Of a stretch of 64,000 nt of DNA, positions 41,977-51,597 are shown piece by piece (positions within the stretch are counted from its first letter, which is position 1; every line of letters starts with the position of its first letter). Both the position numbers and the translations under genes were made by a program. Source of the stretch: an uncultured virus (IMG/VR IMGVR_UViG_3300023174_009220) (Duplodnaviria > Heunggongvirae > Uroviricota > Caudoviricetes); the IMG/VR virus record IMGVR_UViG_3300023174_009220; one strand, written 5' to 3'. The notes under the pieces were generated by a model. The model did no database searches. It was given only the letters and a program-made list of their open reading frames with translations, and had not been told where the DNA came from.

Positions 41977-44900
41977 CTATCTGATTATTTCTCTTAAGAC
42001 TTCACTTGTTTTACTTTCGGATTCGATGTTTACAAAGTAGAGACCTGGCATCAACTTTTCATCAATAACAAATAAATTAATCCCTGATGTGATTTTTACA
42101 GAAACGATATTAACAAGCGATCCTTTACTATCTTTGATTACTATTTTAGCATCTCCCAATAACGATTTATCATTTACCACAACTGAGAATTTACCAGTGC
42201 TTGGATTAGGGAAAGCAGATAGATAAGCAGAAGAGGATTTACCACACTTGGCTAAAATTGGTCCCCACTCTGAGTAGTTTCCGTCTATGTCATACTGTAA
42301 TAATTTATAATAATTATCGCCTGATTCTTTATCTATAAAATTATACGTTAGTTCTGATGTTGAATTAAGTGCGGATTCTATTTTTGCTATTGACTGCCAA
42401 ATAACCCCATCTGTTGACTTTTGAATCTCGAAATAATCTGAATTATGCTCAGTTGCTGTTTTCCACTCAATTTTAGTGGCCTCTGTTTCACAGTTAGTAG
42501 TAAAACTAAATAACTGGACTGGAAGCGCTTGTGAGTTTGGAGTTCCAATATTAAACCAACTAAACCCTTGTGTGTTATTACTTGATATTAAAAATGATTG
42601 TGGGTTTGCGTTTTGAGGAATTGTTACATGTGTTCCACAGGATTGCCAAGAAGTATGTGATGAACCTGGTGATTTTATAATTCTACAAATCTGTGGTGTT
42701 GTCATACCATTTAAGTTATTTGCAAAAAGTGTGACATTATAAGGTGTTGAATTGATTGTAGCGTTATAATTTGAACCTGTTGGTATCACTTCCCAATAAC
42801 CATCTGCAGAATAGTTTTGAATAAGTGAATTTGAAATTGTTAGTGGAAGCCCATTGTATAAAGGCTGATTGTTTACTAAAGGTGCTCCGGTTTTATATTG
42901 AACAGTCAATGTCTGATTAGTTCCCGGACTAGAAGTAAAGTTAATTTGTGTATATCGGTTAAAGTTAGAAGTTCCAACTGGGAAAAGTCCCGCTAATCCA
43001 TTAGTTGCTTGAGAAGAAAAATATCTACGAAAAGGTCCAACGATTGTTCCAGTATTATAATTTAGAGTTCCAGGTTGTGAACTACTAACGCCCAAAGTCA
43101 GTAAATTATTCAAAGTTGTAAAGACATTACCCTGTATCATAGTAAGAATATTATTAACAACTACTGGTTGTCCAAGTGTCAGAGTGGCTCCTCCGCTTTT
43201 ATTTACTCGCATATTAAATAGTTGAGTAGAGCCGTTTCCGCTAACAGTGGAGTTGGTGTTTCCAATAAAATTGACTGTTCCAATAGAAGCAGTTAAGGTT
43301 CCGGAATTTACAAGATCGTGTGTTATATTTAAACTATCATTACTTAGGTCTAAGGTAACACCGGGGTTGATAAAGACATCGTATGCATTTCCGTTAACCG
43401 AAAGAGTAGGAGTCACATTTCCAATACACAGACCCCCGTTAGCCTGGCTTAGTGTGAAGACTTGCGTATTTGAATTTGGCTGAGCAGCACCGGATAATCT
43501 AATATAATGTCCAGCTGGTTGTTTTTCATACCAGTTAGTGGAGGTTGCCCAATCTGTAGATGTTAAACCTCCCCATAAGAGATCATTTGTGCCAATAGCA
43601 CCCGCTAAGGAAGCGTCGTTTGGTTGATTAAAAGTAACCAACTTTTGATATGAAGTTGAGCATTGTCCATTACTGACAGTCCATTGTAATGTATAGGCTT
43701 GGCCGTAATTTCCGGTAAATGTTGATGTAGGTGAGTTAGGATTGGAGAATGAACCACCCGATCCGCTAAAGACGGTCCAAGTTCCAGTCTGACCAGCAGA
43801 TGGTGTGTTTGCTCCTAATGTGACCTGATTTAGACCACATGTTAAACTACCCGTTTGTGAAGACCCAGCATTTGCCACTGGGTTAGAAAGCACAGTGACA
43901 GTAGTGGAAGCAGTATTAGAACATCCATTTGAATTTGTTCCTGTTACAGTATAGGTTTGTGTTCCGTTTGGATAAAAAGTAACTCCATTTGTTACTCCGT
44001 TATTCCAAGAATAGGAATTGGCACCCGATCCGGTCAAGGTTACCGCTGTTCCTGCACAAACTGTATTCGCGCTGGCGCTGATGGAAAGCGTTGGTGCAGC
44101 ATTTACATTAACTGTAGTTTGGGCTGTTCCTGTACATCCGTTCGCTGCGGTACCTGTTACCGTGTAAGTCTGAGTAGTATTGGGCGTAAAGGCCACGCCG
44201 TTGGAAATGCCGTTATTCCATGAGTAAGAATTGGCACCTGATGCCGTCAATGTCACGGGCGTTCCCCCACAAACCGTATTCGTGCTGGCATTGATGGAAA
44301 GGATTGGTGCAGCATTGACCGTAACCGTGGTTTGCGCCGTGCCCGTGCATCCGTTCGCTGCGGTACCTGTCACGGTGTAGGTTTGGGTAGAGGCCGGGGT
44401 AAAGGCCACACCGTTGGTTACACCGTTGTTCCATGCGTAGGTGCTTGCTCCTGAACCGTTCAAAGATACTCCTGATCCTGAACAAATTGTTTGATTTGGT
44501 CCGGCACTAACTGATGGTAATGGGTTTACTGTAATTGTTCTACTTGAAGAACTTGAACATCCATTTGAAGTAGCGGTAACTGTGTAAGTGGTAGTACTGC
44601 TGGGCGTGGCAATCGGGTTTGAAATTGAAGAATTATTAAGTGATGCTGATGGTGACCACATGTAAGTTGCGTTAGATCCAGTATTATAATGAACAATTCC
44701 GTTAAAAGTTCGAGGTGAGTTTGCTCCGCTAAAAGCACCACATAGACCAACTCCAGCGTTGAGGGTTAAAGTTCCATTAGAATAAGAACTACTTGCGGTT
44801 GTGTAAATTGCGTCATATTGAACATAGATTCCATAAGTAGAACCTGGAGGTATTATCAAACTACCTACTGCCATATATGTAGGCGTAGCTGCCACACCGT

Positions 44901-46611
44901 TTAGTGTATAGGTTCCAAGCAAAGTCCAAGCTCCGGGATTGAGTTCGTTTCCTGCATAGCTTCCAACTCGATAGTAAACATTAACAGACTGAACACTAGT
45001 AGTCGTAGGGTTTAGAGTAAAACCAGTGACCGTTACTTGATTTCCACCCGTAGTCAGGTCAAACATATTTCCACCGTAGCATCCATTTCCACCCGCAAAA
45101 GTTGTAGTTAAAGAACCAGATGCTTGTGTAGAAACGTTAAGTTGTGTTGAAGAACCCGCACATATTGTGTTACTTGAAGCAGAAGTTGTCAAAGTTGGTG
45201 GGTAATTAACAGTTACAGTTGCAGAAACACAGTTGGTACTAAATTGACTTCCATTCCAGTTTCTTGCATAGTAAGTGGTAGTGGTAGTGGGTGAAACGGT
45301 AATGGAATTTCCCGTTCCAATTTGTGATGTACCACAACCGCCAGTGTACCAGTAGACAGTGCCAACCGCGCCGTTTGCTGTAAGCGTGGTAGATCCGCCA
45401 TTGCATATTGACCAAGAGCTGGCAGAGACTGACGTTGGATCTGCGGGTGGTGGTGCTGAGCAAAGGAGACCAATCTGGAAAGCGCTGTTAGTGCTATATC
45501 CATGCACCAAGATATAATAAGTAAGACCTGGAACTGATGTCCATTGATATGAAGCAGAGGTTGAAAGGCAGCTTGGCCCGTTATCATCATTTCCTCCAAC
45601 ACACGTAAGTGATGAACAGTTAGGTCCACTAAAAACGGAGATTTTGCTATCCCAAGCGGTATTGCAAAGATAAGCCGTCATAACTTGTCCTGTTCCTGCG
45701 ACTTGGAACCAAACACCTGGCATAGTTTGGCTTACACCACAAGCATTATTCTCACCAGTTCCGCTATTAGTAGCATTAACAGTAGTTGCTGAAAGTAATT
45801 GACCACATGATATTGCATACGCATTACAAACCAAGTCGTTTGCTGGAGCCGAAGGAGCCGAACAAGTTAAACAACTAACGGTGGATGTTCCGCATAAAGA
45901 TGCAGTTCCACAACTAGAGTTTGTATTGTAGTGAACGTATACGGTTCCTGTATAAGAAGAAGCCCAATTAAGAGGTGCATTTCCACTAGCAACAACTGGA
46001 CCGTTGTAAGTGCCAGAACGAACAGTGATATAACCACCGTAGCTATATCCAAATTGATAGGTTTGTCCAGAAGAAATGCCTGAGACTACAGAATAATCTC
46101 CTTGAAAGTTACAAGTAGAGATAGTAACCGTTGTGGGTGTTGTTGGCGCAACGGCTGATCCAAATTGAAATGTATTAACACAACCACCACCACCTCCTCC
46201 TCCACAGCCGGTTCTACAAACCGAGCGAGTTCTAATAGTTGTGCTTGATCCGCAAGCAGCGGTTGTGTGTGTATAAAATCTAACAGTTCCGGTAAACGTC
46301 GCTGTCCAAGTAATTCCGCCGGTGCCACTTGTTCCAGTCACTCCTACGAGAGGAGCCGCACCATTGTCATCTACCGTGATGCGGTCGGTGGTTATCGAGC
46401 TACGAAATGTATAGGTATTTCCTGAAGTAACATTGACTAATGAATACTCCCCAGCATATCCGGCAGAGGTAATGGTTTCAAATAAGCAACTTGAGTTACA
46501 TGTTGGGGTATATGATGTGGTTGGCCATTGACCATACGGTGCAGTATAACATTGCGAACTAACATAAAAACTTGTGAAAAATACAAAAATTGATAATAAT
46601 AAATTCTTCAT
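41977..46611 (-). CDS. Large secreted protein with Ig-like/PKD-like repeats and T9SS type A C-terminal sorting domain
   Basis: Signal peptide MKNLLLSIFVFF..SSQ; 71-aa repeats; ALPVQLFSF..WKTATEHNSDYFEIQKS and AFPNPSTGKF..PGLYFV C-terminus. Confidence 0.85.
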   Translation of the reverse strand: MKNLLLSIFVFFTSFYVSSQCYTAPYGQWPTTSYTPTCNSSCLFETITSAGYAGEYSLVNVTSGNTYTFRSSITTDRITVDDNGAAPLVGVTGTSGTGGITWTATFTGTVRFYTHTTAACGSSTTIRTRSVCRTGCGGGGGGGCVNTFQFGSAVAPTTPTTVTISTCNFQGDYSVVSGISSGQTYQFGYSYGGYITVRSGTYNGPVVASGNAPLNWASSYTGTVYVHYNTNSSCGTASLCGTSTVSCLTCSAPSAPANDLVCNAYAISCGQLLSATTVNATNSGTGENNACGVSQTMPGVWFQVAGTGQVMTAYLCNTAWDSKISVFSGPNCSSLTCVGGNDDNGPSCLSTSASYQWTSVPGLTYYILVHGYSTNSAFQIGLLCSAPPPADPTSVSASSWSICNGGSTTLTANGAVGTVYWYTGGCGTSQIGTGNSITVSPTTTTTYYARNWNGSQFSTNCVSATVTVNYPPTLTTSASSNTICAGSSTQLNVSTQASGSLTTTFAGGNGCYGGNMFDLTTGGNQVTVTGFTLNPTTTSVQSVNVYYRVGSYAGNELNPGAWTLLGTYTLNGVAATPTYMAVGSLIIPPGSTYGIYVQYDAIYTTASSSYSNGTLTLNAGVGLCGAFSGANSPRTFNGIVHYNTGSNATYMWSPSASLNNSSISNPIATPSSTTTYTVTATSNGCSSSSSRTITVNPLPSVSAGPNQTICSGSGVSLNGSGASTYAWNNGVTNGVAFTPASTQTYTVTGTAANGCTGTAQTTVTVNAAPILSINASTNTVCGGTPVTLTASGANSYSWNNGISNGVAFTPNTTQTYTVTGTAANGCTGTAQTTVNVNAAPTLSISASANTVCAGTAVTLTGSGANSYSWNNGVTNGVTFYPNGTQTYTVTGTNSNGCSNTASTTVTVLSNPVANAGSSQTGSLTCGLNQVTLGANTPSAGQTGTWTVFSGSGGSFSNPNSPTSTFTGNYGQAYTLQWTVSNGQCSTSYQKLVTFNQPNDASLAGAIGTNDLLWGGLTSTDWATSTNWYEKQPAGHYIRLSGAAQPNSNTQVFTLSQANGGLCIGNVTPTLSVNGNAYDVFINPGVTLDLSNDSLNITHDLVNSGTLTASIGTVNFIGNTNSTVSGNGSTQLFNMRVNKSGGATLTLGQPVVVNNILTMIQGNVFTTLNNLLTLGVSSSQPGTLNYNTGTIVGPFRRYFSSQATNGLAGLFPVGTSNFNRYTQINFTSSPGTNQTLTVQYKTGAPLVNNQPLYNGLPLTISNSLIQNYSADGYWEVIPTGSNYNATINSTPYNVTLFANNLNGMTTPQICRIIKSPGSSHTSWQSCGTHVTIPQNANPQSFLISSNNTQGFSWFNIGTPNSQALPVQLFSFTTNCETEATKIEWKTATEHNSDYFEIQKSTDGVIWQSIAKIESALNSTSELTYNFIDKESGDNYYKLLQYDIDGNYSEWGPILAKCGKSSSAYLSAFPNPSTGKFSVVVNDKSLLGDAKIVIKDSKGSLVNIVSVKITSGINLFVIDEKLMPGLYFVNIESESKTSEVLREIIR

Positions 46612-46883
46612 TGCGTATAAAATTTTTTTTAATAAATTAATTTTACACTCACTTGAAGAATCCTTACTGGAAACCCCCATCTACCATGGGCCGGTCGAGT
46701 TATTTTAAATTCAGTATATATATTACAATCTAAATACAGAGATTTAACTTTTAAGTAATAATTATTTAAAACCTATTTATAATGAATATTTGTAAGTATT
46801 GGTTGATAATTTTAAAATTATCACTTTCTAAAAAAAAATCATTTTTATAGATTATATATAATAGAGAAAAAAAACGGAGTGAT

Positions 46884-47066
46884 TTGAAAAAAACTGTTAA
46901 AATAGAAGAGACTAAAATTACCATTAAACACGGTGGTATAGAGGAGATTTATGTAAAAACACAAAAAATCGACTTTAACAGTTGGATATCATTTAGGGGT
47001 GAAATCTGGGTTTTACAGGATGTTTCTTTTGAAGAAGATGAAGATGAAGAAGATGTAAATAATTGA
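46884..47066 (+). CDS. Hypothetical protein
   Basis: 60-aa ORF, TTG start, acidic tail. Confidence 0.45.
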   Translation: MKKTVKIEETKITIKHGGIEEIYVKTQKIDFNSWISFRGEIWVLQDVSFEEDEDEEDVNN

Positions 47067-47122
47067 TTAAAAATTTGGTAGTCTATTTAATTTGGAGTAT
47101 ATTTGTCTAAAATTACTCCTAC

Positions 47123-47395
47123 ATGAAAACATTTGAAACAAGCCGCTTAGTATCAGGAAATAGAGTTTTTCCAACAAAAATTGAAATTTTGACCAATAAA
47201 CTAGTTATCACAAAACCAGGCGTGTTTTCTAAAACTGAAAAAACCATACCTTTTTCTAAAATTGTTTCAGTTATGGTAAAAACACCACTGTTAAATTTCT
47301 CATCAGTCAGTATTACAACTGAGACCGAAACTATCAAAATTGAAGGTCTATCTAAAAACGAAGCCATTGAAATTAGAGACTCTATCACCAACTAA
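47123..47395 (+). CDS. Bacterial PH-domain-like protein
   Basis: GVFSKTEKTIPFSKIVSV; TATATTTG promoter at ~47098. Confidence 0.65.
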   Translation: MKTFETSRLVSGNRVFPTKIEILTNKLVITKPGVFSKTEKTIPFSKIVSVMVKTPLLNFSSVSITTETETIKIEGLSKNEAIEIRDSITN

Positions 47396-47486
47396 TTATT
47401 ATTTGCCCCAAATAGATTAGCATCCTGGTAGTTATTATAAGCAATAACTTTTTTTAATTTTACTATATAAACAAAAAAGTAAACCT

Positions 47487-49922
47487 ATGAAAATTGCCTT
47501 AACTCTTCTGACATTAATTTTCTCAATCAGTCTATTTTCACAGTATTGTCCATATTTAGGGCCTGATTTAACCCTACCTTGTGGTGTAAATCAAACAACA
47601 TTAACCGCTGATTTATCTCAGTGTGGACCTGGATCTCAACCAAAACAAACTACATCTTACGGAGTAACAAATATCCCTTATGTTGCTCAAAATAATACAG
47701 GAACAAACGTTTTTTTAACCGATGATTCGCAAACAGGTCCATTTAACATTGGTTTTAATTTTTGTTTTTATGGTCAGACTTATAATCAATTTTATATCGG
47801 GTCTAATGGGTGGATTTCATTTAGTTCAAATCAACCAACAACTTTTACATCAACGTCTATTCCTAATGCCGGATTTTCAATACCAAAAAATTGTATTATG
47901 GGACCTTGGCAAGATTGGAATCCTGGCATCGGAGGTCAAATTAAATATCAAGTTTTAGGAACAGCTCCTTGTAGAAAATTAGTTGTTAGTTGGGTCGGAG
48001 TCCCAATGTTTTCATGCACCAATCTACAAGGAACATTTCATATTGTAATATATGAATCAACAAACATTATTGAAAATCATATCGCAAATAAACCAAATTG
48101 TCCGCAGTGGGCAGGAGGAACCGCAGTTCAAGGTATTCACGATTTATTAGGAACGTCAGCAGTTACAGTTCCAGGAAGAAATTCGACACAATGGTCGACA
48201 ATTAATAACTCTTATCGTTATACACCACAAGGACCAACTGTAACTCCGACTTATACGTGGTTTCAAGTTGGAAATGTTAATTCAATTGGAACGGGTTTAT
48301 CAATAGTTGTAAATCCTCCACCACAAGGGGCGTATTATACTTGTATTCCTGTATATCCAACTTGTAATGCTGGGTGGTCCGTTTGTAATAGTGGTGTAGG
48401 ATTAGGTCCTGATACAATTCATGTTACTTTAACCCCTAATTTACCAACACCTACAATTACACCAATTGATCCTTTGTGTAATAATGGTTGCAACGGATCT
48501 GTTGTTGTTACTCCTATTGGGGGGACTCAACCATTTAATATTATTTGGAATAATGGTGGAAACACATTAACTTTAAATAACCTTTGTTCGGGAAACTATA
48601 CATTTACATTAACTGATGGATCCGGCTGTGTTTATAATGGAGCAACAACTTTAAATAATCCACCACCATTACAACAACCAACAATTACGCCAACAGATCC
48701 TGTTTGTTTTAATGATTGTAATGGATCTGCAACAGTTAACCCTATAAGTGGTCTTGCTCCTTATACTTATTTATGGAGTAATGGTCAAACAACACAAACA
48801 GCGACTAATTTATGTTTTGGAAACTATTCTGTTGTTGTTACTGACCTAAATGGGTGTGTTTCTAATCAAACAACAACATTAAATAACCCACCACAAGTTA
48901 CAATCAACCCAATAACAGGATTTGATACAGTGTGTTTCAATTCTACAAGTAATTTATACAACGTTACAAGTAATTTTTTAAATTTAACATATAATTGGAC
49001 TTCACAAATTGGGACTATAACTTTAGGTCAAACATCAAATTCAGTTAATTTAAATGTTTCAGGTGTAAATAGCGGACTTTACGCAAATACTTTATCAGTT
49101 ATCGGTGTTAATCAGTTGGGTTGTCAATCTCAACCACAAACTTTTACAATTTATGACTTAAATGTTATACCACAGATTTCGCAAATAGACTCTTTATGTG
49201 AATATGATAACTGTCAAATATTAGTTGCTAATCCACCAGGTGGTCAGTTTACTGGACAAAACGTTTCTCAAAACCAATACTGCCCTAATTTGGGATTTAT
49301 TGGAATTGATAATATCACATATCAATATCAACAATCTGGATGTAGTTTTTTTGCAAACTCACAGATTCAGGTTTTTGGAAGACCACAAATATCAGTTACT
49401 CCTCAAAACCAATTTTTTGAAATTTGTGATGGAGATAGTGTTCACTCGGTCTATACTGTCAATTCACCAAGTGTTGGTTGGAATCAATGGATTATTTTAT
49501 CAGACACAATAGTTTCTTCTCAATTAAATTGGTCCTGGACTGGTGAAGGAATCTTTACTTTTGAAGTGACTCGTTGGAGTAACGGCTGCCAGTCTAATCC
49601 AGAAATAGTCGCAGTTACTTTGCAGTTGTGCCCCAATGAATTAATTTGGATTCCAAACACCTTTACCCCTGATGGTGACGAGTATAATCAATATTTCACA
49701 CCAGTGATAACTTCTGGAGTTGATATCTATCAATATCAAATGCAAATCTTTAATCGATGGGGCGAAATAGTGTGGGAATCATTTGATGTCAGTTCAAAAT
49801 GGGATGGGACTTATAATGGGTCAAAGTGTGCTGATGGGGTTTATAGTTGGCAAATCAGATTTGGAGTTCCTAAAACTGATGAGGTCAAAGAAATGAGAGG
49901 TCATTTGACAATTTTAAAATAA
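47487..49922 (+). CDS. Secreted protein with SprB-like repeats and T9SS type B (gliding-motility-associated, CHU_C) C-terminal domain
   Basis: Signal peptide; DPLCNNGCNGS..GGTQPF / GLAPYTYLWSNG repeats; IPNTFTPDGDEYNQYF..IFNRWGE..WDGTYNG..DGVY. Confidence 0.88.
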   Translation: MKIALTLLTLIFSISLFSQYCPYLGPDLTLPCGVNQTTLTADLSQCGPGSQPKQTTSYGVTNIPYVAQNNTGTNVFLTDDSQTGPFNIGFNFCFYGQTYNQFYIGSNGWISFSSNQPTTFTSTSIPNAGFSIPKNCIMGPWQDWNPGIGGQIKYQVLGTAPCRKLVVSWVGVPMFSCTNLQGTFHIVIYESTNIIENHIANKPNCPQWAGGTAVQGIHDLLGTSAVTVPGRNSTQWSTINNSYRYTPQGPTVTPTYTWFQVGNVNSIGTGLSIVVNPPPQGAYYTCIPVYPTCNAGWSVCNSGVGLGPDTIHVTLTPNLPTPTITPIDPLCNNGCNGSVVVTPIGGTQPFNIIWNNGGNTLTLNNLCSGNYTFTLTDGSGCVYNGATTLNNPPPLQQPTITPTDPVCFNDCNGSATVNPISGLAPYTYLWSNGQTTQTATNLCFGNYSVVVTDLNGCVSNQTTTLNNPPQVTINPITGFDTVCFNSTSNLYNVTSNFLNLTYNWTSQIGTITLGQTSNSVNLNVSGVNSGLYANTLSVIGVNQLGCQSQPQTFTIYDLNVIPQISQIDSLCEYDNCQILVANPPGGQFTGQNVSQNQYCPNLGFIGIDNITYQYQQSGCSFFANSQIQVFGRPQISVTPQNQFFEICDGDSVHSVYTVNSPSVGWNQWIILSDTIVSSQLNWSWTGEGIFTFEVTRWSNGCQSNPEIVAVTLQLCPNELIWIPNTFTPDGDEYNQYFTPVITSGVDIYQYQMQIFNRWGEIVWESFDVSSKWDGTYNGSKCADGVYSWQIRFGVPKTDEVKEMRGHLTILK

Positions 49923-49954
49923 AAACTCTAATTAGATAGCCAGATATGGTCATT

Positions 49955-50539
49955 TCAAACACCAATTTGCTTTTTAAGTAAGTCAAAGAAATCAACTGGG
50001 TTCAATCTTTGAATGTCTGTAGACATCATTTGATAAACCATCTCACCTGCCAATTCATTTGATCTAAGCATTCGTTCTTCAAAATTCATTTGTCTATCAA
50101 ATCCACAAGCTCTCATTGATTGAATCGCAAAGTCATTAGCATCTTTTTCTAGTTCCACATAATGTCTCATAAATGATTGTTTATCATTTCTTACAACAGA
50201 ATCAAAATACTGTGTTATAGAATTCTCCATTCGGTGTTGGTCGCAATGTCTACTTTCATGAAGTGCTAAAAATAATTTAACATGGGGAGGCATTGGTCTT
50301 ATATGTAAATCATCGTTCAAAACTATAGTATTTCCGTCTATTATGACACCACCTATTGCTTCTGTAGTGTTAAATCTAAAAAAATGAATTCTAATTTCAC
50401 TTCTATTTTGATTCCACCAGCTTACTATAGTTGGTCTCAATTGATTTGGAATTTGAATTCTTTCTAAAAATTGTTCAATAGTAACTAATGTAGAGTTATC
50501 CAATGCCTCAAATAGTCTAAACGTAGATAAATGTTTCAT
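49955..50539 (-). CDS. HExxH metallopeptidase-like protein with CTS-like N-terminus
   Basis: MKHLSTFRLFEA; ALHESRHCDQ ... LEKDANDFA. Confidence 0.7.
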   Translation of the reverse strand: MKHLSTFRLFEALDNSTLVTIEQFLERIQIPNQLRPTIVSWWNQNRSEIRIHFFRFNTTEAIGGVIIDGNTIVLNDDLHIRPMPPHVKLFLALHESRHCDQHRMENSITQYFDSVVRNDKQSFMRHYVELEKDANDFAIQSMRACGFDRQMNFEERMLRSNELAGEMVYQMMSTDIQRLNPVDFFDLLKKQIGV

Positions 50540-50576
50540 AGGATTATATATTGCCCATTTCGATCCAAAAAAAGTG

Positions 50577-51206
50577 CTATTTTTTTTGAGTATGTCTGAA
50601 CGGAATTGGTCTATCCATCCAGCTTACTGCTAATTCTAAATGGTTTATAAGTCCCAGACCGTTTTCTTCAAAAGAAATGATATGGCATCCGTTTGGTATT
50701 TTTTCTGTAATCTGGTCGACTAAATTTCTATCAAAGACTACATCGTTTGAAATAATCAAATCAGCCTTTGATATATCAATATCTCTAATATCGGCTCTTA
50801 TGAATTCTAAATTTCCAACACCTATTGATTGTTGTAGGTGCTTACTCCAAAGATGCCTGAGTTTATCTATTTCAACACCAATCACTTGACATTCAACTAA
50901 TAGAGCTAAATGGATAGACAATCTTCCTATTCCACTCCCAATATCATAAATAGTCTTTATTGAGCCACAGTTTTTTGATATGTATTCGAAAATCTGATAA
51001 ACTCCGCTTCTGCAAATTTCACCGTATACATGGGAGGTATCTTTTGGTATTACTGCTGAACTTTGATATTGTTGATAAAATCCTATTTCATTCTGAGTTA
51101 ATTGGATATTTAATTTTTTTGCAATCTGAAGCGGGTCAGGCGCAATCCCCTGCCACAAAAGGTCTAAATGTGGCGAAACCATTACTTTTTTCAAAAAATC
51201 ATTCAC
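50577..51206 (-). CDS. Class I SAM-dependent methyltransferase (DOT1-like)
   Basis: HVYGEI, YDIGSGIGR, IGVEID, ADLIISND. Confidence 0.75.
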   Translation of the reverse strand: MNDFLKKVMVSPHLDLLWQGIAPDPLQIAKKLNIQLTQNEIGFYQQYQSSAVIPKDTSHVYGEICRSGVYQIFEYISKNCGSIKTIYDIGSGIGRLSIHLALLVECQVIGVEIDKLRHLWSKHLQQSIGVGNLEFIRADIRDIDISKADLIISNDVVFDRNLVDQITEKIPNGCHIISFEENGLGLINHLELAVSWMDRPIPFRHTQKK

Positions 51207-51283
51207 TATGTTTTATATTATCATCTGACTAAAAGTTAAGCCGTTTGGTGGTTTAGAAAATTATTACTATATTTGTTCTAATT

Positions 51284-51595
51284 ATGAGCGTGTATAAAAA
51301 ATTCTTACCTAAAGTAGATAAAAAAAGAAGACTTATCTTGACCAGATTTTACTCCGGCGTAGCAGGTCAAAATGTTTGGTGTTATCAAATCCACCGTGTT
51401 ACTAAACTGGGTCAAATTGACCGTAAGTGGAAACCGCTCTATGCCTTTGGGTCTGATGATTTTTCTGCAGTTGGTGAATTTAAACACTCTACAACTGGTC
51501 AAATCGTTAAAGTCCCGAAATCCCAGTTTAGGGCGGTTTCTGGTGTAGTCAATAAAAAAGACGTTTTAGAAATTGCAAACAGGGCTTTTGGTTAA
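51284..51595 (+). CDS. Basic hypothetical protein (early)
   Basis: 103 aa; TTTG...TATATTTG promoter upstream. Confidence 0.65.
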   Translation: MSVYKKFLPKVDKKRRLILTRFYSGVAGQNVWCYQIHRVTKLGQIDRKWKPLYAFGSDDFSAVGEFKHSTTGQIVKVPKSQFRAVSGVVNKKDVLEIANRAFG

Positions 51596-51597
51596 AC

